Translations under genes and position numbers: made by a program
Part shown: piece after piece, positions 8,345 through 16,812 of the stretch
Numbering within the stretch: position 1 is the stretch's first letter
How the letters are laid out: every line of letters begins with the position of its first letter
Origin: Parcubacteria group bacterium
GTDB taxonomy: Bacteria; Patescibacteriota; Minisyncoccia; JACQLN01
Length of the DNA stretch: 49,631 nt
NCBI GenBank assembly: GCA_016204035.1
Contig: JACQLN010000022.1
Location: forward strand, 1 to 49,631
Direction of reading: 5' to 3'
Notes under the pieces: generated by a model
The model's input: the letters and a program-made list of their open reading frames with translations, nothing else
Told to the model about the DNA's origin: nothing
The model's database searches: none

Positions 8345-9325
8345 ATGAAAAAGATAAAAAACAATAAGCAAATAGTGATTTATCAGGCAAAATCCGGGAA
8401 TATTGAGCTTCGGGGCGATTTTGATAAAGAAACAATTTGGGCATCACAAGCTGAAATTGCCAAAATTTTTAGTGTCACACCACAAAATATTACACTTCAT
8501 TTACGTAATATCTTTAAAGATAACGAACTTGATATAAAATCAACTTGTAAGGAATCCTTACAAGTTCAAAAAGAAGGTGGCAGGGAGATCAAGCGTAAAA
8601 TAAAAGTATATAATCTTGATATTATTATCGCTATCGGTTATCGGATTAACTCTGTTGTTGGTACCAAGTTTCGCCAGTGGGCAACTAAAACTTTAAGGGA
8701 ACATCTTCTTAAAGGTTATACCATAAACCGCAAGCGTATTAGTCAAAATTACGATGAGTTTATGAAAACTGTTAATGATGTTCAAATGCTTCTACCCGAA
8801 CATATAACCCTTGACCCTAAAGCGGTTCTTGAACTCATTAAAGAATTTGCCAGCACGTGGGTGTCACTTGATGCTTACGATAAAGAATCCCTTGCAGTTG
8901 TTGGTACAACTAAAAAAGCAATCAAACTTACCGGAGCAGAACTGGCCAACACCATACGGACTCTTCGTTTGGAATTAATCAAAAAAGGCGAGACCACGGA
9001 AATATTTGCTCAAGAGAAAAAAGAAGGGAGCGTTGAAGGAATAGTAGGTAATATAATGCAGTCATTTGACGGTAAACCACTCTACATAAGTATTGAAGAA
9101 AAAGCTGCACATCTATTGTATTTTATGGTTAAAAATCATCCTTTCACGGACGGCAATAAACGTTCCGGCGCCTTTGCTTTTATTTGGTTTATTCGCAAGT
9201 TTGGAGTTAAAGGCACGCGGAACATAAACCCATCCAGTTTAACAGCACTCACGCTTCTTATTGCCGAAAGCGATCCAAAGAAAAAAGAACAGGTTGTCGC
9301 GCTAATAACCCAATTACTAAAATAA
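8345..9325 (+). CDS. RhuM virulence protein / Fic-Doc fusion protein
   Basis: RhuM-like ETIWASQ..IA..F, YNLD.II.IGYRINS..GT.FRQWAT; Fic motif HPFTDGNKRSG. Confidence 0.9.
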   Translation: MKKIKNNKQIVIYQAKSGNIELRGDFDKETIWASQAEIAKIFSVTPQNITLHLRNIFKDNELDIKSTCKESLQVQKEGGREIKRKIKVYNLDIIIAIGYRINSVVGTKFRQWATKTLREHLLKGYTINRKRISQNYDEFMKTVNDVQMLLPEHITLDPKAVLELIKEFASTWVSLDAYDKESLAVVGTTKKAIKLTGAELANTIRTLRLELIKKGETTEIFAQEKKEGSVEGIVGNIMQSFDGKPLYISIEEKAAHLLYFMVKNHPFTDGNKRSGAFAFIWFIRKFGVKGTRNINPSSLTALTLLIAESDPKKKEQVVALITQLLK

Positions 9326-9411
9326 TATAAAGCTTAATCGGCTCAACATCGTTGAGCCGTTTAGGGTTGAACTTGGGACCTAAAGGGGGTAGTATAAAAA
9401 TATTAAAAATC

Positions 9412-10509
9412 ATGCCGATGAATCACGAACCAGACGAATTTTTAGATCTTGTGGATGAAAACGACAAGGTTATAGGCAGGAAAAAAAGATCAGAGGTTTA
9501 CACCGAAAAACTTTCCAATTTTCGGGTAGTAAATGCTTTTGTTGTAAATTCTAAAGATGAAATCTGGATACCCCGCCGGACGGCCAATAAGCGTATGTTC
9601 CCTTTGTATTTGGACATGAGTATGGGCGGGCATGTGGAAAGCGGCGAAAGCTATGAAAATGCTTTTAAGCGCGAAACGATGGAGGAATTGAACATTGATA
9701 CCGGGAAAGCCCAAACCCGCCTTCTAGGGCATTTAAGCCCGCAAAAAGATGGTGTTTCGGCAAATATGAATGTGTACGAAATCAAAACAGACGAAACACC
9801 CAACTATAATCACAACGATTTTACCGAACACTTTTGGCTAACCCCTCAAGCCCTTTTTGAACGCATCGCCAACGGCGAAAAAACCAAAGGCGACCTGCCT
9901 AAATTGGTTAGGATTTTTTATTGGTTGGACCCTAAAGAATTTGATAAATTTATAGGAAAAGCAAATAAAACATATCAACAGTTTTGTATATGGTTTAACG
10001 CAAACAATGAATTTTCTAAACACCAAGATCGATGGAATTCCATTATTTCAAAAGGTGGATGTAAATATAAAAATTTTTGGGAAGTCATTATCGCGTCAGT
10101 TCAGCATACATGGATTCTTGGAGTAGCAAGACTCCTTGATACCGCATATGCTTCATTTGATAAAAATAAAAAGAAACCTCGACTATCTTTGGAGTATATA
10201 TTGCAGAAACTTAATAACCATAATCTGACTACCAAAATACATAATGAACTGCTAGAATTTCAATCATTTAGTAATTCTATTAAAAAACATCGGATAAATG
10301 TTCTTGCGCATAATGATATTAATTTTGAACCATCAAAAATAGAGGCCGGAGTCGAAGATTTTTTCGAATGGCTCGAAGATAGTATTTCTGAAATTAAAAA
10401 ATATCCCCATCTTGCTGCATGTAAAACAATTAACTTGAAACACACGGAAGAATTATCTAAAAATGGAGTAAAAGAAGTATTTGAAAACATTTTAGCGGGA
10501 GAAAATTAA
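9412..10509 (+). CDS. NUDIX hydrolase fused to a putative HEPN (AbiU2-like) domain
   Basis: Nudix box GGHVESGESYENAFKRETMEEL; C-terminal helical region with RINVLAH (R-x5-H). Start placed at ATG 9412. Confidence 0.75.
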   Translation: MPMNHEPDEFLDLVDENDKVIGRKKRSEVYTEKLSNFRVVNAFVVNSKDEIWIPRRTANKRMFPLYLDMSMGGHVESGESYENAFKRETMEELNIDTGKAQTRLLGHLSPQKDGVSANMNVYEIKTDETPNYNHNDFTEHFWLTPQALFERIANGEKTKGDLPKLVRIFYWLDPKEFDKFIGKANKTYQQFCIWFNANNEFSKHQDRWNSIISKGGCKYKNFWEVIIASVQHTWILGVARLLDTAYASFDKNKKKPRLSLEYILQKLNNHNLTTKIHNELLEFQSFSNSIKKHRINVLAHNDINFEPSKIEAGVEDFFEWLEDSISEIKKYPHLAACKTINLKHTEELSKNGVKEVFENILAGEN

Positions 10510-10609
10510 AACATTATAAAAACATACAGTTGAGCTGATTGTGGTTGAATTTAGGGCTTAGAGGGGGTAGGATGAGAGTATTCTTAAGTGTGTTAAAATG
10601 AAATAATTT

Positions 10610-11047
10610 ATGGAACAATCTATAGAAAAAAGATTCCCGCGCGGAGTAGAAACTGTAAGCTCCGCTATTATGCAAAAAGATGGAAAAATTTTACTCACAA
10701 AATCTCCAAAATGGTCTAATAAATGGTTATTGCCCGGAGGGCATATTGAGGCGGGGGAGTCGATTTTAGAAGCAACTGTTCGGGAAGCGCAAGAAGAAAC
10801 TGGGTTAAAGCTCAAACCTATAAAAATTTTAACTTTTGGAGAGCTTATTGATTCAAAAGACTTCCATCGTCCGGCGCATTTTATCTATTTTGATTGCATT
10901 TTTGATGTTATTGGAGGTGAGTTGAAATTACAAAAAGACGAACTAACGGAGTCAAGATGGTTGACGCCCTCAGAAGCATTAAAACTAGAACTTGTTGAAA
11001 CTTATCCCGAAACTCTGCAAAAATACATTGAGTTTTTATCCGATTAA
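10610..11047 (+). CDS. NUDIX hydrolase
   Basis: Canonical Nudix box PGGHIEAGESILEATVREAQEETGL. Confidence 0.92.
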   Translation: MEQSIEKRFPRGVETVSSAIMQKDGKILLTKSPKWSNKWLLPGGHIEAGESILEATVREAQEETGLKLKPIKILTFGELIDSKDFHRPAHFIYFDCIFDVIGGELKLQKDELTESRWLTPSEALKLELVETYPETLQKYIEFLSD

Positions 11048-11060
11048 CTAAAATCGCGTA

Positions 11061-11090
11061 AAAAATACCCTTCGATTTTACATCGAAGGG
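11061..11090 (-). terminator. Intrinsic terminator
   Basis: CCCTTCGAT/ATCGAAGGG stem followed by a T-rich run on the minus strand. Confidence 0.65.
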
Positions 11091-11105
11091 TTACTAGACC
11101 AAAAA

Positions 11106-11303
11106 CTAATCTTCATCATCCTCGTCGTCATCATAATCATCGTCATCATCGCTATTATTCGGTCCAACCCAGACCTTGCCCGCTCCACCGCAAGAAGAAC
11201 ATGGAACATTACAATACTGAGACGTCTCAGCAGCTACAGTACATCCATTACAACGGCATGTACCACTACCACCACAATGAGCGCATCTGACAATCTCTCC
11301 AAT
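11106..11303 (-). CDS. Small DnaJ-type zinc-finger protein with acidic tail (non-canonical start or 5'-truncated; absent from ORF track)
   Basis: Minus-strand frame reads IGEIVRCAHCGGSGTCRCNGC...CSSCGGAGKVWVGPNNSDDDDDYDDDEDDED*. Confidence 0.6.
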   Translation of the reverse strand: MGEIVRCAHCGGSGTCRCNGCTVAAETSQYCNVPCSSCGGAGKVWVGPNNSDDDDDYDDDEDDED

Positions 11304-11320
11304 GGGTATAAATTGATTAT

Positions 11321-11716
11321 ATGAAAGGCTATATTTTAAACATAGAAAAAATAACTTTAGAAAACGAAAATTTTAGAAAGGTTTTATATACCGCTAAAAA
11401 CAGCCAGCTGGTGGTGATGCGCCTAAAACCGGGCGAGGAGATAGGCGAGGAGGTGCATCAACTGGACCAGTTTATAAGATGCGAGGCCGGAACGGGACAA
11501 GCTGTTTTAGACGGAGTGGAACATGCTATAAGCGACGGGTTCGCCGTGGTGGTTCCGGCCGGCGCCAAGCATAATATTATAAACACATCCGCAATGGCGC
11601 CATTAAAACTCTACACAGTTTATTCTCCACCCAACCACCGCGACGGCGTGGTTCATTTAACCAAAACCGACGCCGAAGCCGACGATGAATCTTTTGATGG
11701 CCGGACCACGGAATAG
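11321..11716 (+). CDS. Cupin domain protein
   Basis: QLVVM.L.PGEEIGEEVH..DQF, VVPAG.KHNIIN, LKLYTVYSPP.H. Confidence 0.9.
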   Translation: MKGYILNIEKITLENENFRKVLYTAKNSQLVVMRLKPGEEIGEEVHQLDQFIRCEAGTGQAVLDGVEHAISDGFAVVVPAGAKHNIINTSAMAPLKLYTVYSPPNHRDGVVHLTKTDAEADDESFDGRTTE

Positions 11717-11795
11717 TATTGACGCAACACCGATACATAGGTATCATCCCAATCAACAGTTCTTTCCACCGCAGACCAACAAAGGAGTCAAAAAT

Positions 11796-12068
11796 ATGAT
11801 AAGAAAGATGTTGGAATTGGTAGTGCTTACTGAAACCAAGCTGGTTGTTCTTTCCGTAGTTTTTTATGTAACCAGTATTTTTTGTTTGAGTGCTATGTGT
11901 TTAGCTATTTTTGACAACGCAAAGTTATTGGCTGTTTCTCTGGCTTTTTTTTCAGGGTTATCAATGCTAATCGGCACATGGTGTATGGTTATGTTGGCTC
12001 TCTACCTGGTTGATGATGAAATTAGGCGAGCCACACTTTGGAACACGCCTATCACACCTAGAAGATGA
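11796..12068 (+). CDS. Small membrane protein (2 TM)
   Basis: ATG 11796 preceded by AAGGAG and a TTGACG promoter, followed by a terminator. Confidence 0.6.
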   Translation: MIRKMLELVVLTETKLVVLSVVFYVTSIFCLSAMCLAIFDNAKLLAVSLAFFSGLSMLIGTWCMVMLALYLVDDEIRRATLWNTPITPRR

Positions 12069-12076
12069 TATCCACC

Positions 12077-12100
12077 GGCCGCGTTTGACGCGGCCTTTTT
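12077..12100 (+). terminator. Intrinsic terminator
   Basis: GGCCGCGT-TTG-ACGCGGCC followed by TTTTT. Confidence 0.75.
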
Positions 12101-12454
12101 ATTCCCCGCCCTTGGCAACCAAGGGCGGGGATGACTCCGCTATAAGATCATATATAAGATCACACTATACACTATCTTACTATTTATCCTACGATCGTAT
12201 GGTTGATAGTAAGATAAGAATAAAAAATATGCACGGTAAATCAAGGTTCACCCTGCTTAAAAGGCACGGCGCCAGCCGCCTCGGGGCGGCTTACTTCTAA
12301 CAGGGTTGACAAGATATTAGTACGGGTATATAATAGAAAGATAATCAAATCTCATCGGTTTTTGGCGTTTTAAGGGTTAAAATCCTAAAAAATAAGCTTT
12401 AAGGGCTTTTGTCTGGAAACTCGTGAGCAAGGGCAATTAGCCCATAAAGCATAT

Positions 12455-13654
12455 ATGAGAAGCTTCAATAATAGAGGCCCCCGTAGGCCGTTTTCAACTA
12501 GAAAATTTAATAACCGTCCGCCCCGAAGAGGCGGCAATGGGCAGATCGGCCAATATATAAACCCGGCTAGGTTTATTAACAAAGCGGTCAGCGTGGAAGA
12601 AAGCGCGGAATTTATACCCCAACATAAATTCCAAAATTTTAATATTGACCCCGCCTTAAAAAGCAACATTCTAAACAAGGGTTACAAATTGCCCACGCCT
12701 ATTCAAGACAAGGCCATTCCGCATCTTTTGAACGGAGAAGACATTGTGGGCATCGCCGACACCGGCACCGGAAAAACGGCCGCTTTTTTAGTTCCTTTAA
12801 TAAACAAAATTTTATTAAATAGAAGCGAAAAAGTTTTGATCGTGGTGCCCACCCGGGAACTGGCCATACAAATAGATTTTGAACTTAAATCTTTAACCAA
12901 AGCGCTGCAGGTATATTCCGTTTATTGCGTCGGCGGCATGAGCATCGGCCGGCAGATTTCCGAACTGCGTAGCCGCCATAATTTTGTTATCGGCACGCCC
13001 GGCCGGCTAAAAGATCTTATAGCCAGAAAAAACATTTTCCTTTCGGAATTCAAAACGATTGTTCTGGATGAAGCCGATCGGATGCTGGATATGGGTTTTA
13101 TCAACGACATCCGCCTGATTATGGCGGGCCTGCCCAAAACCAGGCATACGCTTTTCTTTTCGGCCACTTTGTCGCGCGAAATAGAAGGTATGATTTACGA
13201 ATTTTTGCGCGAACCGGTTAGAATTTCGCTAAAAACCCGCGACACTTCGCAAAACGTGGAGCAAAACGTGGTCAAGGTGGAAAAAGGAACAAACAAACTG
13301 GAAGTTCTGCGTGGTTTGCTTAACCGGAAAGAATTTAATAAGGTTCTTGTTTTCGGCCGAACCAAGCACGGCGTGGAAAAACTTTCCCGAACATTGGTTC
13401 AAATCGGTTTTAGAGCTGATTCTATTCACGGCAATAAAAACCATTCCGGCCGGCAGCGCGCCTTAACGGCCTTTAAGAACAACCGCGTGCAGGTTTTGGT
13501 GGCCACCGACGTGGCGGCCCGCGGTTTGGATATTCCCAACGTGAGCCATGTCATCAACTTTGATTTACCCAATACATACGAAGACTATATTCACCGGATC
13601 GGCCGGACCGGCCGGGGCGACCAACGCGGCACGGCGTTAACTTTTATAGACTAA
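12455..13654 (+). CDS. DEAD-box RNA helicase
   Basis: Q motif PTPIQ, TGTGKT, PTRELA, TPGR, DEAD, SAT, ARGLD, HRIGRTGR. Confidence 0.97.
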   Translation: MRSFNNRGPRRPFSTRKFNNRPPRRGGNGQIGQYINPARFINKAVSVEESAEFIPQHKFQNFNIDPALKSNILNKGYKLPTPIQDKAIPHLLNGEDIVGIADTGTGKTAAFLVPLINKILLNRSEKVLIVVPTRELAIQIDFELKSLTKALQVYSVYCVGGMSIGRQISELRSRHNFVIGTPGRLKDLIARKNIFLSEFKTIVLDEADRMLDMGFINDIRLIMAGLPKTRHTLFFSATLSREIEGMIYEFLREPVRISLKTRDTSQNVEQNVVKVEKGTNKLEVLRGLLNRKEFNKVLVFGRTKHGVEKLSRTLVQIGFRADSIHGNKNHSGRQRALTAFKNNRVQVLVATDVAARGLDIPNVSHVINFDLPNTYEDYIHRIGRTGRGDQRGTALTFID

Positions 13655-13702
13655 CGTCTTAAATTAGAAAAACCATTACTCCGACGGGTAGGCATGGAAA
13701 AA

Positions 13703-13803
13703 ACAAAACATTGGTTTGAGCGACTTCAAGGAGGTTCCAGTTAAATTATAAAGAGGGAGGATGCAAGTGCTCCTCCTTGCAGGAGCGAAAACTAATGTTT
13801 TGT
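13703..13803 (+). repeat. Structured intergenic repeat, family A copy 2
   Basis: 71-nt core 68/71 identical to 25156-25226, inside a different 15-bp outer stem. Confidence 0.9.
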
Positions 13804-13820
13804 GATTTTAATTTAAAAAA

Positions 13821-14783
13821 ATGTTAGTAGACGACGTAAAAATAAAAATAAAAGCGGGTAACGGCGGCCGGGGCGCCGTCGCTTTTAATAAAAATTTAAT
13901 GAGTTTGGGGCCGACCGGCGGCGACGGCGGCAATGGCGGCAGTATTTATTTTGAAGGCGTTTCCAACTTAAACGCTTTGGCCCAGTTTAGATACAAAAAA
14001 GACATAAAAATAAAAAACGGCGGAAATGGAAAACCGCAATTTAATGACGGCGCCAGGAGTGAAGATTTGATCTTAAAAATTCCCATCGGCGCTGTTATAA
14101 CCAACTTAGACACCGGTGAAAGTTCCGAAATCACCAAGGTGGGCCAGCGGGTGCTGGCCGCGAAGGGTGGCCGGGGCGGCAAAGGAAATTTTCAGTTTAG
14201 GTCTTCTATAAATACCACGCCGATGGAGTTTCAAAAAGGCCTCGCGGGCGAATCTTTTAGCATCCGCCTGGAATTAAAACTTATCGCCGATGTGGGTTTG
14301 ATCGGTTTGCCCAATGCCGGAAAATCAAGCTTGTTAAACGAACTTACGCGCGCCCGCAGCAAAGTGGCTAATTACCCCTTTACCACATTGGAACCCAATC
14401 TGGGCGCCTATTACGAACTTATTTTAGCCGACATTCCGGGTATAATTGAAGGCGCTTCGCGGGGTAAGGGATTGGGCGTAAAATTTTTGCGCCATATTGA
14501 ACGCACTAAAATTTTGTTCCATTTAATCTCGGCCGAGTCGGAAAATTTGGCCGGGGATTATAAAATTATCAGAAACGAATTAAAAACCTACGGCGGCAAT
14601 TTATCTAAAAAACAGGAATACTTATTTTTAACCAAAAGCGATTTGGTTGCCCCCGCGGAGCTTAAAAAGAAACTGGCCAGCTTAAAAAAGACAAATAAAA
14701 ACATTCTCGCCCTATCCATCCACGATTGGGACAGTTTGGAAAAAGTAAAAAAGATTCTCAACAAAATTCAGGAAGAAAAATAA
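13821..14783 (+). CDS. obgE: GTPase ObgE
   Basis: Gly-rich Obg domain, LELKLIADVGLIGLPNAGKS, YPFTTL.P, DIPG, FLRHIER. Confidence 0.97.
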   Translation: MLVDDVKIKIKAGNGGRGAVAFNKNLMSLGPTGGDGGNGGSIYFEGVSNLNALAQFRYKKDIKIKNGGNGKPQFNDGARSEDLILKIPIGAVITNLDTGESSEITKVGQRVLAAKGGRGGKGNFQFRSSINTTPMEFQKGLAGESFSIRLELKLIADVGLIGLPNAGKSSLLNELTRARSKVANYPFTTLEPNLGAYYELILADIPGIIEGASRGKGLGVKFLRHIERTKILFHLISAESENLAGDYKIIRNELKTYGGNLSKKQEYLFLTKSDLVAPAELKKKLASLKKTNKNILALSIHDWDSLEKVKKILNKIQEEK

Positions 14784-14784
14784 A

Positions 14785-14815
14785 AAAGAGGCCGCCGAAG
14801 CGACCTCTTTGTTTT
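14785..14815. terminator. Bidirectional terminator between obgE and the vWA gene
   Basis: Minus strand AAAGAGGTCGC-TTCG-GCGGCCTCTTT followed by a T-run; T-run also on the plus strand. Confidence 0.75.
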
Positions 14816-14839
14816 TACAAAGAACTGACTTGAAAGAAC

Positions 14840-15643
14840 CTAGTTGCCGAATCCGCCGGCGGCCGTTTGGCTGAAGCTGGCGCCTCCCTGGCTGGCCCGC
14901 ACCGCGGACTGGCTGAACACGTTAAACGCCCTCCGCAACTCCGAGGGCGTATTGCCCGGGGTGAGGATCCACTCGTCCTCAATCCCCATCTCGCTGAACA
15001 CCCGGCGGAAATCCGTACTTCCGCCGTCGTCGATACCCATGCCCGCGATGATGTGGCCCTCGGTCTTCAGCATGTCCCGAACGATAGCCCGAACGCTCGA
15101 GGGGTTTTGCTGACGCGAGTGTTCATCGGCGCCATCCGTGATGATCAGGGTGACCGCCCGGCAAGGCACGCCGTTGTCCTCGAAAGACTGAACCTTCGCG
15201 AGCACAGTGCCAAGCAGAACAACTGACTGGTCGTAGAGCGGCGTGCCCTTACTGGGATCGTAGTTGTGGCTGTCCATCCGCACCACCTGGTCAAGGGGCG
15301 CGAAAGGATACAACACGAACCCGTTGAGATACCGGCAGTGTACAAGGATACCGTCCTTCTGCTTGGAACCGCCGAGAGAGTCCAGGACAAGGTTGTGACC
15401 GTCCCGGACATGCTGGGCGTTGCCGGCAAACCGGATGGAACCGGAATCGTCCGGCATCATGGTAACGAGCGTGACCTCGCTCGCCTTGACATCATCGACA
15501 TCGACGCCGATGCCCATCTGAATCTGCTCGCCAATGTCGGCGATGTTGATGGCACCTGCGCCAGCCGGAGACAATGTTCCGTCCTCCTTGGCGCTGTTGA
15601 GCAATGTAGCCACGCTTTGACCGGAACTGCTTGGCTTACCCAC
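14840..15643 (-). CDS. vWA domain protein (TerY-like)
   Basis: MIDAS motif DDSGS, GTPLYD, LIITDG. Confidence 0.85.
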   Translation of the reverse strand: MGKPSSSGQSVATLLNSAKEDGTLSPAGAGAINIADIGEQIQMGIGVDVDDVKASEVTLVTMMPDDSGSIRFAGNAQHVRDGHNLVLDSLGGSKQKDGILVHCRYLNGFVLYPFAPLDQVVRMDSHNYDPSKGTPLYDQSVVLLGTVLAKVQSFEDNGVPCRAVTLIITDGADEHSRQQNPSSVRAIVRDMLKTEGHIIAGMGIDDGGSTDFRRVFSEMGIEDEWILTPGNTPSELRRAFNVFSQSAVRASQGGASFSQTAAGGFGN

Positions 15644-15686
15644 AGCTGACCTCCTTCTGGTTTAGGAGTTGGGTTGAGAATCACGG

Positions 15687-16772
15687 CTAGGCGGCAACAT
15701 TCATGCCCGGCCACGACTCGATTGGCTCGGTAGAATTCACGACGTTCATACCGGCGGCGGCGTAACGCTGGAGCGCCTCCTCCGCCTGATCGGTGAAATC
15801 CACGAAGAAACCGCCCTTCGGATTCGGAACCGCCACCGCCGAAGTGCAGTCCCTGAGAACATAGACTTTCTTGGCCAGACCCGGATCCTGGGTGAGGATC
15901 TCGGCCAGGAAATGATCAATGGACGACTTCACGCAGTGGCTCGCGGCCTGACCCGCGATAACCAAAGCATCAGCGTCCATGAGACTCTGGATGAATCTGA
16001 CATTCTTGGATCCCAGAACCCCAGAACCGTCAAAACGAAGCGTCACCTCCGGGCTGAAGACGGAATAGTTTTCCGTGAGCGGATTACCGCCCTTCACTTC
16101 GGCCTCGGACTGCATCTGGCGAACATACGAATGAAACATCCTGGCTTCCTGAATGACGCCGACCAGTGTGTGGCCGTCGGAACCGAGCATGCAATGTTCG
16201 GGCCAGATGTAGAGCTGGTAGCGCCCGCCTTCCGCGAGTTTCTCGCAGTAGAACCGCACCTGCTTCTGGAGCCAGGTGTAATTGCCATTGCAGAGGAACC
16301 CGGCAACCGCCGGGTTCGGCGCCGCCTTGCCGACGGGCTTGCCCAGGCGAAGAATCGTGAGATCCGCCGAGATCATATCGTGGGGCTGGAGGGGATTGCC
16401 ATCCGCATCCACCCAGAACGACGGGAAAAAGATCTGGAAAGGAAAGTGCGTATCCAGGGTCGGGGTGATGTGCGTCAGTACGTGGATGTTCTCGTAGATG
16501 AACCTCGCGATTCGGCGACTGTCGTCAACCGCGCCGGTTCCGCTTCGTCCGCCGACGTAGAGCGTGCCTTCGGGAAAACAGAAGTCGCGCTGCCCGTCGA
16601 TGATCAGCAGGTGAACTTTGAACCGATCGCCCGCGGCGGCTTTGATGTTAAGCTGTCGCCGGTAATCCTGCGCCGAGGTAAACAGGTCGCGAAGATTGGG
16701 CGAGTAACTCCACCTGACGGCGTTGGCGGGATCGTAGAAACTGGGCAACTGCGGAGTGCGAGCGCGAACCAT
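15687..16772 (-). CDS. Nicotinamidase-like cysteine hydrolase (isochorismatase family)
   Basis: IIDGQRDFC (catalytic Asp), DTH and WPEHC (metal ligands), KG, GQAASHCV (catalytic Cys). Confidence 0.87.
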   Translation of the reverse strand: MVRARTPQLPSFYDPANAVRWSYSPNLRDLFTSAQDYRRQLNIKAAAGDRFKVHLLIIDGQRDFCFPEGTLYVGGRSGTGAVDDSRRIARFIYENIHVLTHITPTLDTHFPFQIFFPSFWVDADGNPLQPHDMISADLTILRLGKPVGKAAPNPAVAGFLCNGNYTWLQKQVRFYCEKLAEGGRYQLYIWPEHCMLGSDGHTLVGVIQEARMFHSYVRQMQSEAEVKGGNPLTENYSVFSPEVTLRFDGSGVLGSKNVRFIQSLMDADALVIAGQAASHCVKSSIDHFLAEILTQDPGLAKKVYVLRDCTSAVAVPNPKGGFFVDFTDQAEEALQRYAAAGMNVVNSTEPIESWPGMNVAA

Positions 16773-16812
16773 TTCTGGCTCCTTTCGGTGATGAGATGTG
16801 ATCGTTCTTTTA

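Noticed and set aside
12010..12300. 96-aa ORF
   Set aside because: Runs through a terminator, hairpins and low-complexity intergenic DNA
13718..13788. Riboswitch upstream of obgE or the metal transporter
   Set aside because: The same core precedes unrelated genes and occurs inverted at 2523-2617; no riboswitch consensus recognised
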